Assembly: GCA_964016885.1 (NCBI GenBank)
Contig: OZ024744.1
Coordinates: 131,564,001-131,628,000, forward strand
Direction of reading: 5' to 3'
DNA from: Eledone cirrhosa
Taxonomy: Eukaryota
Length of the DNA stretch: 64,000 nucleotides
A program made the position numbers and the translations under genes. Below, piece by piece: positions 24,632-38,332 of the stretch; position 1 is the stretch's first letter, and each line of letters begins with the position of its first letter. The notes beneath the pieces were generated by a model. That model was not told the origin of the DNA and did no database searches. It worked only from the letters and a program-made list of their open reading frames with translations.

Positions 24632-25055
24632 AACCCCAACTTCACTCAACCCCACCTTAACTCAACCCCAACTTAACTTAACCCCAACTTCACTCAACCC
24701 CAACTTAACTTAACCCCAACTTCACTCAACCCCAATTTGACTCAACCCCAACTTAACTTAACCCCAACTTAACTTAACCCTAACTTAACTTAACCCGACT
24801 TAACTTAACTTCGACTTAACTTAACCCCAACTTAACTTAACCCCAACTTAACTTAACCCCAACTTAACTTAACCACAAATTAACTTAACCCCAACTTAAA
24901 TTAACCCCAACTTAAATTAACCCCAACTTAACTTAACCCCAACTTAACTTAACCCCAACTTAACTCACACCCAACTTAACTTACCCCCAACTTAACTTAA
25001 CCCCAACTTGACTTAACACCAAATTAACTTAACCCCAACTTAACTTAACCCCAAA
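24632..25055 (-). repeat. Inverted satellite island 7 (424 bp, type B)
   Basis: Copy of island 5 at offset 6507. Confidence 0.97.
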
Positions 25056-27720
25056 TTCGGGGTTAAGTTAAGTTAGGCTTAACTTAAGTTGGGGTTAAGT
25101 TAAATTGGGGGTAAGTTAAGTTCTGGGTAAGTTAAGTTGGGGTTAAGTTAAGTTGGGGTTAAGTTGGGGTTAAGTTAAGTTAGGGTTAAGTTAAGTTAGG
25201 GTTAAGTTAAGTTGGGGTTGAGTTAAGTTGGTGTTAAGTTAAGTTGGGGTTAAGTTAAGTTGGGGCTAAGTTAAGTTGGGGCTAAGTTAAGTTGGGGCTA
25301 AGTTAAGTTGGGGTTCAGTTAAGTTGGGGTTAAGTTAAGTTGGGGTTAAGTTAAGTTGGGGTCAAGTTAAGTTGGGGTTAAAATTAAGTTGGGGTTAAAT
25401 CAAGTTGGGGTTAAGTTAAGTTGGGGTTAATTTAAATTGGGGTTAAGTTAACTTTGTGGTTAAGTTAAGTTGGGGTTAAGTTAAGTTGGGGTTAAGTTAA
25501 GTTGGGGTTGAGTTAAGTTGGGGTTGAGTGAAGTTGGGGTTAAGTTAAGTTGGGGTTAAGTTGGCGTTAAGTTAAGTTGGGGTTGAATTAAGTTGGGGTT
25601 GAGTTAATTTAGGGTTAAGTTAAGTTGGGGTTAAGTTAAGTTGGGTTTAAGTTAAGTTGGGGTTAAATTAAGTTGGGGTTAAATTAAGTTGGGGTTAAGT
25701 TAAGTTGGGGGTAAGTTAAGTTGGTGTTAAGTTAAGTTGGGGTTAAGTTAAGTTGGGGTTAAGTTAAGTTGGGGTCAAGTTAAGTTGAGGTTAAAATTAA
25801 GTTGGGGTTAAGTCAAGTTGGGGTTAAGTCAAGTTTGAGTTAATTTAGTTGGGGTTAAGTTAAGTTGGGGCTAAGTTAAGTTGGGGCTAAGTTAAGTTGG
25901 GGCTGAGTTAAGTTGGGGTTAAGTTAAGTTGGGGTTAATTAAGGTGGGGTTAATTTAAGTTGGGGTTAATTTATGTTGGTGTGAAGTTAAGTTGGGGCTA
26001 AGTTAATTTGGGGCTGAGTTAAGTTGGGGCTGAGTTAAGTTGGGGTTAATTTAAGTTGGGGTTGAGTTAAGTTGGGGTTAACTTAAGTTGGGGTTAAGTT
26101 AAGTTGGGGTTAAGTTAAGTTGGGGTTGAGTTAAGTTGGGGTTAAGTTAAGTTGGGGTTAAGTTAAGTTGGGGTTCAGTTAAGTTGGGGTTAAGTTAAGT
26201 TGGGGTTAAGATGGGGTTAAATTAAGTTGGGGTTAAGTTAAGTTGGGGTTAAGTTAATTTGGGGTTAAGTTAAGTTGGGGTTAAGTTAAGTCGGGGTTAA
26301 GTTAAGTCGTGGTTAAGTTAAGTTAGGGTTAAGTTAAGTTGGAGTTAAGTTAAGTTGGGGTTGAGTTAAGTTGGGGTTGAGTTAAATTGGGGTGGAGTTA
26401 AGTTGGGGTTGAGTTAAGTTGGTGTTGAGTTAAGTTGGGATTAAGTTAAGTTGGGGTTAAGTTAAGTTGCAGTTAAGTTAAGTTGAGGTTAAGTTAAGTT
26501 GGGGTTAAGTTAAGTTGGGGTTAAGTTAAGTTGGGGCTAAGTTAAGTTGGGGCTAAGTTAAGTTGGGGCTAAGTTAAGTTGGGGTTCAGTTAAGTTGGGG
26601 TTAAGTTAAGTTTGGGTTAAGTTGGGGTTAAATTAAGTTGGGGTTAAGTTAAGTTGGGGTTTAGTTAAGTTGGGGTTAAGTTAAGTTGGGGTTAATTTAA
26701 GTTGGGGTTAAGTTAAGTTGGGGTTAAGTTGGCGTTAAGTTAAGTTGGGGTTGAATTAAGTTGGGGTTGAGTTAATTTAGGGTTAAGTTAAGTTGGGGTT
26801 AAGTTAAGTTGGGTTTAAGTTAAGTTGGGGTTAAATTAAGTTGGGGTTAAATTAAGTTGGGGTTAAGTTAAGTTGGGGGTAAGTTAAGTTGGTGTTAAGT
26901 TAAGTTGGGGTTAAGTTAAGTTGGGGTTAAGTTAAGTTGGGGTCAAGTTAAGTTGGTGTTAAGTTAAGTTGGGGTTAAGTTAAGTTGGGGCTAAGTTAAG
27001 TTGGGGCTAAGTTAAGTTGGGGCTAAGTTAAGTTGGGGTTAAGTTAAGTTGGGGTTAAGTTAAGGTGGGGTTAATTTAAGTTGGGGTCAACTTAAATTGG
27101 GGTTAAGTTAAGTTGGGGTTAAGTTAAGTTGGGGTTAAGTTAAGTTGGGGTTAAGTTAAGTTGGGGTTAAGTTAAGTTGGGGTTGAGTTAAGTTGGGGTT
27201 AAGTTAAGTTGGGGTTCAGTTAAGTTGGTGTTAAGTTAAGTTGGGGTTAAGATGGGGTTAAATTAAGTTGGGGTTAAGTTAAGTTGGGGTTAAGTTAAGT
27301 TGGGGTTAAGTTAAGTTGGGGTTAAGTTAAGTCGGGGTTAAGTTAAGTCGGGGTTAAGTTAAGTTAGGGTTAAGTTAAGTTGGAGTTAAGTTAAGTTGGG
27401 GTTGAGTTAAGTTGGGGTTAAGTTAAGTTGGGGTTAAGTTAAGTTGGGGTTAAGTTAAGTTGGGGGTAAGTTAAGTTGGGGGTAAGCTAAGTTGGGGGTA
27501 AGTTAAGTTGGGGTTAAGTTAAGTTGGGGTTAAGTTAAGTTGGGGTTAAGTTAAGTTGGTTCGTTAAGTTGAGTTTAAGTTAAGTTGGGGTTAATTTAAG
27601 TTGGGGTTAAATTAATTTGGGGTTAAGTTAAGTTGGGGTTAAGTTAAGTTGGGGTTATGTTAAGTTGGGGTTAAGTTAAGTTGGGGTTAAGTTAATTTGT
27701 TGTTAAGTTAAGTTGTGGTT

Positions 27721-28144
27721 AACCCCAACTTCACTCAACCCCACCTTAACTCAACCCCAACTTAACTTAACCCCAACTTCACTCAACCCCAACTTAACTT
27801 AACCCCAACTTCACTCAACCCCAACTTAACTCAACCCCAACTTAACTTAACCCCAACTTAACTTAACCCTAACTTAACTTAACCCGACTTAACTTAACCT
27901 CGACTTAACTTAACCCCAACTTAACTTAACCCCAACTTAACTTAACCCCAACTTAACTTAACCACAAATTAACTTAACCCCAACTTAAATTAACCCCAAC
28001 TTAAATTAACCCCAACTTAACTTAACCCCAACTTAACTTAACCCCAACTTAACTCACACCCAACTTAACTTACCCCCAACTTAACTTAACCCCAACTTGA
28101 CTTAACACCAAATTAACTTAACCCCAACTTAACTTAACCCCAAA
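27721..28144 (-). repeat. Inverted satellite island 8 (424 bp, type B)
   Basis: Copy of island 6 at offset 6508. Confidence 0.97.
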
Positions 28145-31100
28145 TTCGGGGTTAAGTTAAGTTAGGCTTAACTTAAGTTGGGGTTAAGTTAAATTGGGGG
28201 TAAGTTAAGTTCTGGGTAAGTTAAGTTGGGGTTAAGTTAAGTTGGGGTTAAGTTGGGGTTAAGTTAAGTTAGGGTTAAGTTAAGTTAGGGTTAAGTTAAG
28301 TTGGGGTTGAGTTAAGTTGGTGTTAAGTTAAGTTGGGGTTAAGTTAAGTTGGGGCTAAGTTAAGTTGGGGCTAAGTTAAGTTGGGGCTAAGTTAAGTTGG
28401 GGTTCAGTTAAGTTGGGGTTAAGTTAAGTTGGGGTTAAGTTAAGTTGGGGTCAAGTTAAGTTGGGGTTAAAATTAAGTTGGGGTTAAATCAAGTTGGGGT
28501 TAAGTTAAGTTGGGGTTAATTTAAATTGGGGTTAAGTTAACTTTGTGGTTAAGTTAAGTTGGGGTTAAGTTAAGTTGGGGTTAAGTTAAGTTGGGGTTGA
28601 GTTAAGTTGGGGTTGAGTGAAGTTGGGGTTAAGTTAAGTTGGGGTTAAGTTGGCGTTAAGTTAAGTTGGGGTTGAATTAAGTTGGGGTTGAGTTAATTTA
28701 GGGTTAAGTTAAGTTGGGGTTAAGTTAAGTTGGGTTTAAGTTAAGTTGGGGTTAAATTAAGTTGGGGTTAAATTAAGTTGGGGTTAAGTTAAGTTGGGGG
28801 TAAGTTAAGTTGGTGTTAAGTTAAGTTGGGGTTAAGTTAAGTTGGGGTTAAGTTAAGTTGGGGTCAAGTTAAGTTGGGGTTAAAATTAAGTTGGGGTTAA
28901 GTCAAGTTGGGGTTAAGTCAAGTTTGAGTTAATTTAGTTGGGGTTAAGTTAAGTTGGGGCTAAGTTAAGTTGGGGCTAAGTTAAGTTGGGGCTGAGTTAA
29001 GTTGGGGTTAAGTTAAGTTGGGGTTAATTAAGGTGGGGTTAATTTAAGTTGGGGTTAAGTTATGTTGGTGTGAAGTTAAGTTGGGGCTAAGTTAATTTGG
29101 GGCTGAGTTAAGTTGGGGCTGAGTTAAGTTGGGGTTAATTTAAGTTGGGGTTGAGTTAAGTTGGGGTTAAGTTAAGTTGGGGTTAAGTTAAGTTGGGGTT
29201 AAGTTAAGTTGGGGTTGAGTTAAGTTGGGGTTAAGTTAAGTTGGGGTTAAGTTAAGTTGGGGTTCAGTTAAGTTGGGGTTAAGTTAAGTTGGGGTTAAGA
29301 TGGGGTTAAATTAAGTTGGGGTTAAGTTAAGTTGGGGTTAAGTTAAGTTGGGGTTAAGTTAAGTTGGGGTTAAGTTAAGTCGGGGTTAAGTTAAGTCGTG
29401 GTTAAGTTAAGTTAGGGTTAAGTTAAGTTGGAGTTAAGTTAAGTTGGGGTTGAGTTAAGTTGGGGTTGAGTTAAATTGGGGTGGAGTTAAGTTGGGGTTG
29501 AGTTAAGTTGGTGTTGAGTTAAGTTGGGATTAAGTTAAGTTGGGGTTAAGTTAAGTTGCAGTTAAGTTAAGTTGAGGTTAAGTTAAGTTGGGGTTAAGTT
29601 AAGTTGGGGTTGAGTTAAGTTGGGGCTAAGTTAAGTTGGGGCTAAGTTAAGTTGGGGCTAAGTTAAGTTGGGGTTCAGTTAAGTTGGGGTTAAGTTAAGT
29701 TTGGGTTAAGTTGGGGTTAAATTAAGTTGGGGTTAAGTTAAGTTGGGGTTTAGTTAAGTTGGGGTTAAGTTAAGTTGGGGTTAATTTAAGTTGGGGTTAA
29801 GTTAAGTTGGGGTTAAGTTGGCGTTAAGTTAAGTTGGGGTTGAATTAAGTTGGGGTTGAGTTAATTTAGGGTTAAGTTAAGTTGGGGTTAAGTTAAGTTG
29901 GGTTTAAGTTAGGTTGGGGTTAAATTAAGTTGGGGTTAAATTAAGTTGGGGTTAAGTTAAGTTGGGGGTAAGTTAAGTTGGTGTTAAGTTAAGTTGGGGT
30001 TAAGTTAAGTTGGGGTTAAGTTAAGTTGGGGTCAAGTTAAGTTGGGGTTAAAATTAAGTTGGGGTTAAGTCAAGTTGGGGTTAAGTTAAGTTTGAGTTAA
30101 TTTAGTTGGGGTTAAGTTAAGTTGGGGCTAAGTTAAGTTGGGGCTAAGTTAAGTTGGGGCTGAGTTAAGTTGGGGTTAAGTTAAGTTGGGGTTAATTAAG
30201 GTGGGGTTAATTTAAGTTGGGGTTAAGTTAAGTTGGTGTTAAGTTAAGTTGGGGCTAAGTTAATTTGGGGCTGAGTTAAGTTGGGGCTGAGTTAAGTTGG
30301 GGTAAATTTAAGTTGGGGTTGAGTTAAGTTGGGGTTAAGTTAAGTTGGGGTTAAGTTAAGTTGGGGTTAAGTTAAGTTGGGGTTGAGTTACGTTGGGGTT
30401 AGGATGGGGTTAAATTAAGTTGGGGTTAAGTTAAGTTGGGGTTAAGTTAAGTTGGGGTTAAGTTAAGTTGGGGTTAAGTTAAGTCGGGGTTAAGTTAAGT
30501 CGTGGTTAAGTTAAGTTAGGGTTAAGTTAAGTTGGAGTTAAGTTAAGTTGGGGTTGAGTTAAGTTGGGGTTGAGTTAAATTGGGGTGGAGTTAATTTGGG
30601 GTTGAGTTAAGTTGGTGTTGAGTTAAGTTGGGATTAAGTTAAGTTGGGGTTAAGTTAAGTTGCAGTTAAGTTAAGTTGAGGTTAAGTTAAGTTGGGGTTA
30701 AGTTAAGTTGGGGTTAAGTTAAGTTGGGGCTACGTTAAGTTGGGGCTAAGTTAAGTTGGGGCTCAGTTAAGTTGGGGTTCAGTTAAGTTGGGGTTAAGTT
30801 AAGTTTGGGTTAAGTTGGGGTTAAATTAAGTTGGGGTTAAGTTAAGTTGGGGTTTAGTTAAGTTGGGGTTAAGTTAAGTTGGGGTTAATTTAAGTTGGGG
30901 TTAAGTTAAGTTGGGGTTAAGTTGGCGTTAAGTTAAGTTGGGGTTGAATTAAGTTGGGGTTGAGTTAATTTAGGGTTAAGTTAAGTTGGGGTTAAGTTAA
31001 GTTGGGGTTAAGTTAAGTTGGGGCTCAGTTAAGTTGGGGCTAAGTTAAGTTGGGGCTAATTTAAGTTGGGGTTAAGTTAAGTTGGGGTTAAGTTAAGGTG

Positions 31101-32179
31101 GGGTTAATTTAAGTTGGGGTCAACTTAAATTGGGGTTAAGTTAAGTTGGGGTTAAGTTAAGTTGGGGTTAAGTTAAGTTGGGGTTAAGTTAAGTTGGGGT
31201 TAAGTTAAGTTGGGGTTGAGTTAAGTTGGGGTTAAGTTAAGTTGGGGGTAAGTTAAGTTGGGGGCAAGTTAAGTTGGGGTTAAGTTAAGTTGGGGTTAAA
31301 TTAAGTTGGGGTTAAGTTTAGTTGGTGTTAAGTTAAGTTGGGGTTTATTTAAGTTGGGGTTAATTAAGTTGGGGCTGAGTTAAGTTGGGGCTGAATTAAG
31401 TTGGGGTTAAGTTAAGTTGGGGTTGAGTTAAGTTGCGGTTAAGTTAAGTTGGGGTTAAGTTAAGTTGGGGTTAAGTTAAGTTGGGGTTGAGTTAAGTTGG
31501 GGTTAAGTTAAGTTGGGGTTCAGTTAAGTTGGTGTTAAGTTAAGTTGGGGTTAAGATGGGGTTAAATTAAGTTGGGGTTAAGTTAAGTTGGGGTTAAGTT
31601 AAGTTGGGGTTAAGTTAAGTTGGGGTTAAGTTAAGTCGGGGTTAAGTTAAGTCGGGGTTAAGTTAAGTTAGGGTTAAGTTAAGTTGGAGTTAAGTTAAGT
31701 TGGGGTCAAGTTAAGTTGGGGTTAAGTTAAGTTGGGGTTAATTTAAGTTGGGGTTAAGTTAAGTTGGGGGTAAGTTAAGTTGGGGGTAAGTTAAGTTGGG
31801 GGTAAGTTAAGTTGGGGTTAAGTTAAGTTGGGGTTAAGTTAAGTTAGGGTTAAGTTAAGTTGGGGTTGAGTTAAGTTGGGGTTAAGTTAAGTTGGGGTTA
31901 TGTTAAGTTGGGGTTAAGTTAAGTTGGTTCGTTAAGTTGAGTTTAAGTTAAGTTGGGGTTAATTTAAGTTGGGGTTAAGTTAAGTTGGGGTTAAGTTAAG
32001 TTGGGGTTAAGTTAAGTTGGGGTTCAGTTAAGTTGGGGTTAAGTCAAGTTGGGGTTAAGTTGGGGTTAAATTAATTTGGGGTTAAGTTAAGTTGGGGTTA
32101 AGTTAAGTTGGGGTTATATTAAGTTGGGGTTAAGTTAAGTTGGGGTTAAGTTAATTTGTTGTTAAGTTAAGTTGTGGTT

Positions 32180-32603
32180 AACCCCAACTTCACTCAACCC
32201 CACCTTAACTCAACCCCAACTTAACTTAACCCCAACTTCACTCAACCCCAAATTAACTTAACCCCAACTTCACTCAACCCCAATTTAACTCAACCCCAAC
32301 TTAACTTAACCCCAACTTAACTTAACCCTAACTTAACTTAACCCGACTTAACTTAACTTCGACTTAACTTAACCCCAACTTAACTTAACCCCAACTTAAC
32401 TTAACCCCAACTTAACTTAACCACAAATTAACTTAACCCCAACTTAAATTAACCCCAACTTAAATTAACCCCAACTTAACTTAACCCCAACTTAACTTAA
32501 CACCAACTTAACTCACACCCAACTTAACTTACCCCCAACTTAACTTAACCCCAACTTGACTTAACACCAAATTAACTTAACCCCAACTTAACTTAACCCC
32601 AAA
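32180..32603 (-). repeat. Inverted satellite island 9 (424 bp, type B)
   Basis: Type B markers; CCCAATTTAACTC relates it to islands 5 and 7. Confidence 0.97.
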
Positions 32604-35343
32604 TTCGGGGTTAAGTTAAGTTAGGCTTAACTTAAGTTGGGGTTAAGTTAAATTGGGGGTAAGTTAAGTTCTGGGTAAGTTAAGTTGGGGTTAAGTTAAG
32701 TTGGGGTTAAGTTGGGGTTAAGTTAAGTTAGGGTTAAGTTAAGTTAGGGTTAAGTTAAGTTGGGGTTGAGTTAAGTTGGTGTTAAGTTAAGTTGGGGTTA
32801 AGTTAAGTTGGGGCTAAGTTAAGTTGGGGCTAAGTTAAGTTGGGGCTAAGTTAAGTTGGGGTTCAGTTAAGTTGGGGTTAAGTTAAGTTGGGGTTAAGTT
32901 AAGTTGGGGTCAAGTTAAGTTGGGGTTAAAATTAAGTTGGGGTTAAATCAAGTTGGGGTTAAGTTAAGTTGGGGTTAATTTAAATTGGGGTTAAGTTAAC
33001 TTTGTGGTTAAGTTAAGTTGGGGTTAAGTTAAGTTGGGGTTAAGTTAAGTTGGGGTTGAGTTAAGTTGGGGTTGAGTGAAGTTGGGGTTAAGTTAAGTTG
33101 GGGTTAAGTTGGCGTTAAGTTAAGTTGGGGTTGAATTAAGTTGGGGTTGAGTTAATTTAGGGTTAAGTTAAGTTGGGGTTAAGTTAAGTTGGGTTTAAGT
33201 TAAGTTGGGGTTAAATTAAGTTGGGGTTAAATTAAGTTGGGGTTAAGTTAAGTTGGGGGTAAGTTAAGTTGGTGTTAAGTTAAGTTGGGGTTAAGTTAAG
33301 TTGGGGTTAAGTTAAGTTGGGGTCAAGTTAAGTTGGGGTTAAAATTAAGTTGGGGTTAAGTCAAGTTGGGGTTAAGTCAAGTTTGAGTTAATTTAGTTGG
33401 GGTTAAGTTAAGTTGGGGCTAAGTTAAGTTGGGGCTAAGTTAAGTTGGGGCTGAGTTAAGTTGGGGTTAAGTTAAGTTGGGGTTAATTAAGGTGGGGTTA
33501 ATTTAAGTTGGGGTTAATTTATGTTGGTGTGAAGTTAAGTTGGGGCTAAGTTAATTTGGGGCTGAGTTAAGTTGGGGCTGAGTTAAGTTGGGGTTAATTT
33601 AAGTTGGGGTTGAGTTAAGTTGGGGTTAAGTTAAGTTGGGGTTAAGTTAAGTTGGGGTTAAGTTAAGTTGGGGTTGAGTTAAGTTGGGGTTAAGTTAAGT
33701 TGGGGTTAAGTTAAGTTGGGGTTCAGTTAAGTTGGGGTTAAGTTAAGTTGGGGTTAAGATGGGGTTAAATTAAGTTGGGGTTAAGTTAAGTTGGGGTTAA
33801 GTTAATTTGGGGTTAAGTTAAGTTGGGGATAAGTTAAGTCGGGGTTAAGTTAAGTCGTGGTTAAGTTAAGTTAGGGTTAAGTTAAGTTGGAGTTAAGTTA
33901 AGTTGGGGTTGAGTTAAGTTGGGGTTGAGTTAAATTGGGGTGGAGTTAAGTTGGGGTTGAGTTAAGTTGGTGTTGAGTTAAGTTGGGATTAAGTTAAGTT
34001 GGGGTTAAGTTAAGTTGCAGTTAAGTTAAGTTGAGGTTAAGTTAAGTTGGGGTTAAGTTAAGTTGGGGTTAAGTTAAGTTGGGGCTAAGTTAAGTTGGGG
34101 CTAAGTTAAGTTGGGGCTAAGTTAAGTTGGGGTTAAGTTAAGTTTGGGTTAAGTTGGGGTTAAATTAAGTTGGGGTTAAGTTAAGTTGGGGTTTAGTTAA
34201 GTTGGGGTTAAGTTAAGTTGGGGTTAATTTAAGTTGGGGTTAAGTTAAGTTGGGGTTAAGTTGGCGTTAAGTTAAGTTGGGGTTGAATTAAGTTGGGGTT
34301 GAGTTAATTTAGGGTTAAGTTAAGTTGGGGTTAAGTTAAGTTGGGTTTAAGTTAAGTTGGGGTTAAATTAAGTTGGGGTTAAATTAAGTTGGGGTTAAGT
34401 TAAGTTGGGGGTAAGTTAAGTTGGTGTTAAGTTAAGTTGGGGTTAAGTTAAGTTGGGGTTAAGTTAAGTTGGGGTCAAGTTAAGTTGGTGTTAAGTTAAG
34501 TTGGGGTTAAGTTAAGTTGGGGCTAAGTTAAGTTGGGGCTAAGTTAAGTTGGGGCTAAGTTAAGTTGGGGTTAAGTTAAGTTGGGGTTAAGTTAAGGTGG
34601 GGTTAATTTAAGTTGGGGTCAACTTAAATTGGGGTTAAGTTAAGTTGGGGTTAAGTTAAGTTGGGGTTAAGTTAAGTTGGGGTTAAGTTAAGTTGGGGTT
34701 AAGTTAAGTTGGGGTTGAGTTAAGTTGGGGTTAAGTTAAGTTGGGGTTCAGTTAAGTTGGTGTTAAGTTAAGTTGGGGTTAAGATGGGGTTAAATTAAGT
34801 TGGGGTTAAGTTAAGTTGGGGTTAAGTTAAGTTGGGGTTAAGTTAAGTTGGGGTTAAGTTAAGTCGGGGTTAAGTTAAGTCGGGGTTAAGTTAAGTTAGG
34901 GTTAAGTTAAGTTGGAGTTAAGTTAAGTTGGGGTTGAGTTAAGTAGGGGTTAAGTTAAGTTGGGGTTAAGTTAAGTTGGGGTTAAGTTAAGTTGGGGGTA
35001 AGTTAAGTTGGGGGTAAGTTAAGTTGGGGGTAAGTTAAGTTGGGGTTAAGTTAAGTTGGGGTTAAGTTAAGTTGGGGTTAAGTTAAGTTGGTTCGTTAAG
35101 TTGAGTTTAAGTTAAGTTGGGGTTAATTTAAGTTGGGGTTAAGTTAAGTTGGGGATAAGTTAAGTTGGGGTTAAGTTAAGTTGGGGTTCAGTTAAGTTGG
35201 GGTTAAGTCAAGTTGGGGTTAAGTTGGGGTTAAATTAATTTGGGGTTAAGTTAAGTTGGGGTTAAGTTAAGTTGGGGTTATGTTAAGTTGGGGTTAAGTT
35301 AAGTTGGGGTTAAGTTAATTTGTTGTTAAGTTAAGTTGTGGTT

Positions 35344-35704
35344 AAACCCAACTTCACTCAACCCCACCTTAACTCAACCCCAACTTAACTTAACCCCAAC
35401 TTCACTCAACCCCAACTTAACTTAACCCCAACTTCACTCAACCCCAACTTAACTCAACCCCAACTTAACTTAACCCCAACTTAACTTAACCCTAACTTAA
35501 CTTAACCCCAACTTAACTTAACCACAAATTAACTTAACCCCAACTTAAATTAACCCCAACTTAAATTAACCCCAACTTAACTTAACCCCAACTTAACTTA
35601 ACCCCAACTTAACTCACACCCAACTTAACTTACCCCCAACTTAACTTAACCCCAACTTGACTTAACACCAAATTAACTTAACCCCAACTTAACTTAACCC
35701 CAAA
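35344..35704 (-). repeat. Inverted satellite island 10 (361 bp, type B with 63-bp internal deletion)
   Basis: Left junction TTAAACCCAA; lacks the CCCGAC/TTCGAC units; keeps AACACCAAATT and the right junction. Confidence 0.96.
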
Positions 35705-38332
35705 TTCGGGGTTAAGTTAAGTTAGGCTTAACTTAAGTTGGGGTTAAGTTAAATTGGGTGTAAGTTAAGTTCTGGGTAAGTTAAGTTGGGGTTAAGTTAA
35801 GTTGGGGTTAAGTTGGGGTTAAGTTAATTTAGGGTTAAGTTAAGTTAGGGTTAAGTTAAGTTGGGGTTGAGTTAAGTTGGTGTTAAGTTAAGTTGGGGTT
35901 AAGTTAAGTTGGGGCTAAGTTAAGTTGGGGCTAAGTTAAGTTGGGGCTAAGTTAAGTTGGGGTTCAGTTAAGTTGGGGTTAAGTTAAGTTGGGGTTAAGT
36001 TAAGTTGGGGTCAAGTTAAGTTGGGGTTAAAATTAAGTTGGGGTTAAATCAAGTTGGGGTTAAGTTAAGTTGGGGTTAATTTAAATTGGGGTTAAGTTAA
36101 CTTTGTGGTTAAGTTAAGTTGGGGTTAAGTTAAGTTGGGGTTAAGTTAAGTTGGGGTTGAGTTAAGTTGGGGTTGAGTGAAGTTGGGGTTAAGTTAAGTT
36201 GGGGTTAAGTTGGCGTTAAGTTAAGTTGGGGTTGAATTAAGTTGGGGTTGAGTTAATTTAGGGTTAAGTTAAGTTGGGGTTAAGTTAAGTTGGGTTTAAG
36301 TTAAGTTGGGGTTAAATTAAGTTGGGGTTAAATTAAGTTGGGGTTAAGTTAAGTTGGGGTCAAGTTAAGTTGGGGTTAAAATTAAGTTGGGGTTAAGTCA
36401 AGTTGGGGTTAAGTCAAGTTTGAGTTAATTTAGTTGGGGTTAAGTTAAGTTGGGGCTAAGTTAAGTTGGGGCTAAGTTAAGTTGGGGCTGAGTTAAGTTG
36501 GGGTTAAGTTAAGTTGGGGTTAATTAAGGTGGGGTTAATTTAAGTTGGGGTTAAGTTATGTTGGTGTGAAGTTAAGTTGGGGCTAAGTTAATTTGGGGCT
36601 GAGTTAAGTTGGGGCTGAGTTAAGTTGGGGTTAATTTAAGTTGGGGTTGAGTTAAGTTGGGGTTAAGTTAAGTTGGGGTTAAGTTAAGTTGGGGTTAAGT
36701 TAAGTTGGGGTTGAGTTAAGTTGGGGTTAAGTTAAGTTGGGGTTAAGTTAAGTTGGGGTTCAGTTAAGTTGGGGTTAAGTTAAGTTGGGGTTAAGATGGG
36801 GTTAAATTAAGTTGGGGTTAAGTTAAGTTGGGGTTAAGTTAAGTTGGGGTTAAGTTAAGTTGGGGTTAAGTTAAGTCGGGGTTAAGTTAAGTCGTGGTTA
36901 AGTTAAGTTAGGGTTAAGTTAAGTTGGAGTTAAGTTAAGTTGGGGTTGAGTTAAGTTGGGGTTGAGTTAAATTGGGGTGGAGTTAAGTTGGGGTTGAGTT
37001 AAGTTGGTGTTGAGTTAAGTTGGGATTAAGTTAAGTTGGGGTTAAGTTAAGTTGCAGTTAAGTTAAGTTGAGGTTAAGTTAAGTTGGGGTTAAGTTAAGT
37101 TGGGGTTGAGTTAAGTTGGGGCTAAGTTAAGTTGGGGCTAAGTTAAGTTGGGGCTAAGTTAAGTTGGGGTTCAGTTAAGTTGGGGTTAAGTTAAGTTTGG
37201 GTTAAGTTGGGGTTAAATTAAGTTGGGGTTAAGTTAAGTTGGGGTTTAGTTAAGTTGGGGTTAAGTTAAGTTGGGGTTAATTTAAGTTGGGGTTAAGTTA
37301 AGTTGGGGTTAAGTTGGCGTTAAGTTAAGTTGGGGTTGAATTAAGTTGGGGTTGAGTTAATTTAGGGTTAAGTTAAGTTCGGTTTAAGTTAAGTTGGGGG
37401 TAAGTTAAGTTGGTGTTAAGTTAAGTTGGGGTTAAGTTAAGTTGGGGTTAAGTTAAGTTGGGGTCAAGTTAAGTTGGTGTTAATTTAAGTTGGGGTTAAG
37501 TTAAGTTGGGGCTAAGTTAAGTTGGGGCTAAGTTAAGTTGGGGCTAAGTTAAGTTGGGGTTAAGTTAAGTTGGGGTTAAGTTAAGGTGGGGTTAATTTAA
37601 GTTGGGGTCAACTTAAATTGGGGTTAAGTTAAGTTGGGGTTAAGTTAAGTTGGGGTTAAGTTAAGTTGGGGTTAAGTTAAGTTGGGGTTAAGTTAAGTTG
37701 GGGTTGAGTTAAGTTGGGGTTAAGTTAAGTTGGGGTTCAGTTAAGTTGGTGTTAAGTTAAGTTGGGGTTAAGATGGGGTTAAATTAAGTTGGGGTTAAGT
37801 TAAGTTGGGGTTAAGTTAAGTTGGGGTTAAGTTAAGTTGGGGTTAAGTTAAGTCGGGGTTAAGTTAAGTCGGGGTTAAGTTAAGTTAGGGTTAAGTTAAG
37901 TTGGAGTTAAGTTAAGTTGGGGTTGAGTTAAGTTGGGGTTAAGTTAAGTTGGGGTTAAGTTAAGTTGGGGTTAAGTTAAGTTGGGGGTAAGTTAAGTTGG
38001 GGGTAAGTTAAGTTGGGGGTAAGTTAAGTTGGGGTTAAGTTAAGTTGGGGTTAAGTTAAGTTGGGGTTAAGTTAAGTTGGTTCGTTAAGTTGAGTTTAAG
38101 TTAAGTTGGGGTTAATTTAAGTTGGGGTTAAGTTAAGTTGGGGTTAAGTTAAGTTGGGGTTAAGTTAAGTTGGGGTTCAGTTAAGTTGGGGTTAAGTCAA
38201 GTTGGGGTTAAGTTGGGGTTAAATTAATTTGGGGTTAAGTTAAGTTGGGGTTAAGTTAAGTTGGGGTTATGTTAAGTTGGGGTTAAGTTAAGTTGGGGTT
38301 AAGTTAATTTGTTGTTAAGTTAAGTTGTGGTT

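Larger units (their letters stand above)
16880..29900 (+). repeat. Higher-order tandem duplication, period 6507-6508 bp (2 copies, two inverted islands per copy)
   Basis: Marker offsets: GGGGCTCAG 16969/23476, islands 18125/24632 and 21213/27721. The 1-bp shift is explained by GGG versus GGGG near 19663 and 26170. Boundaries are approximate. Confidence 0.9.
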
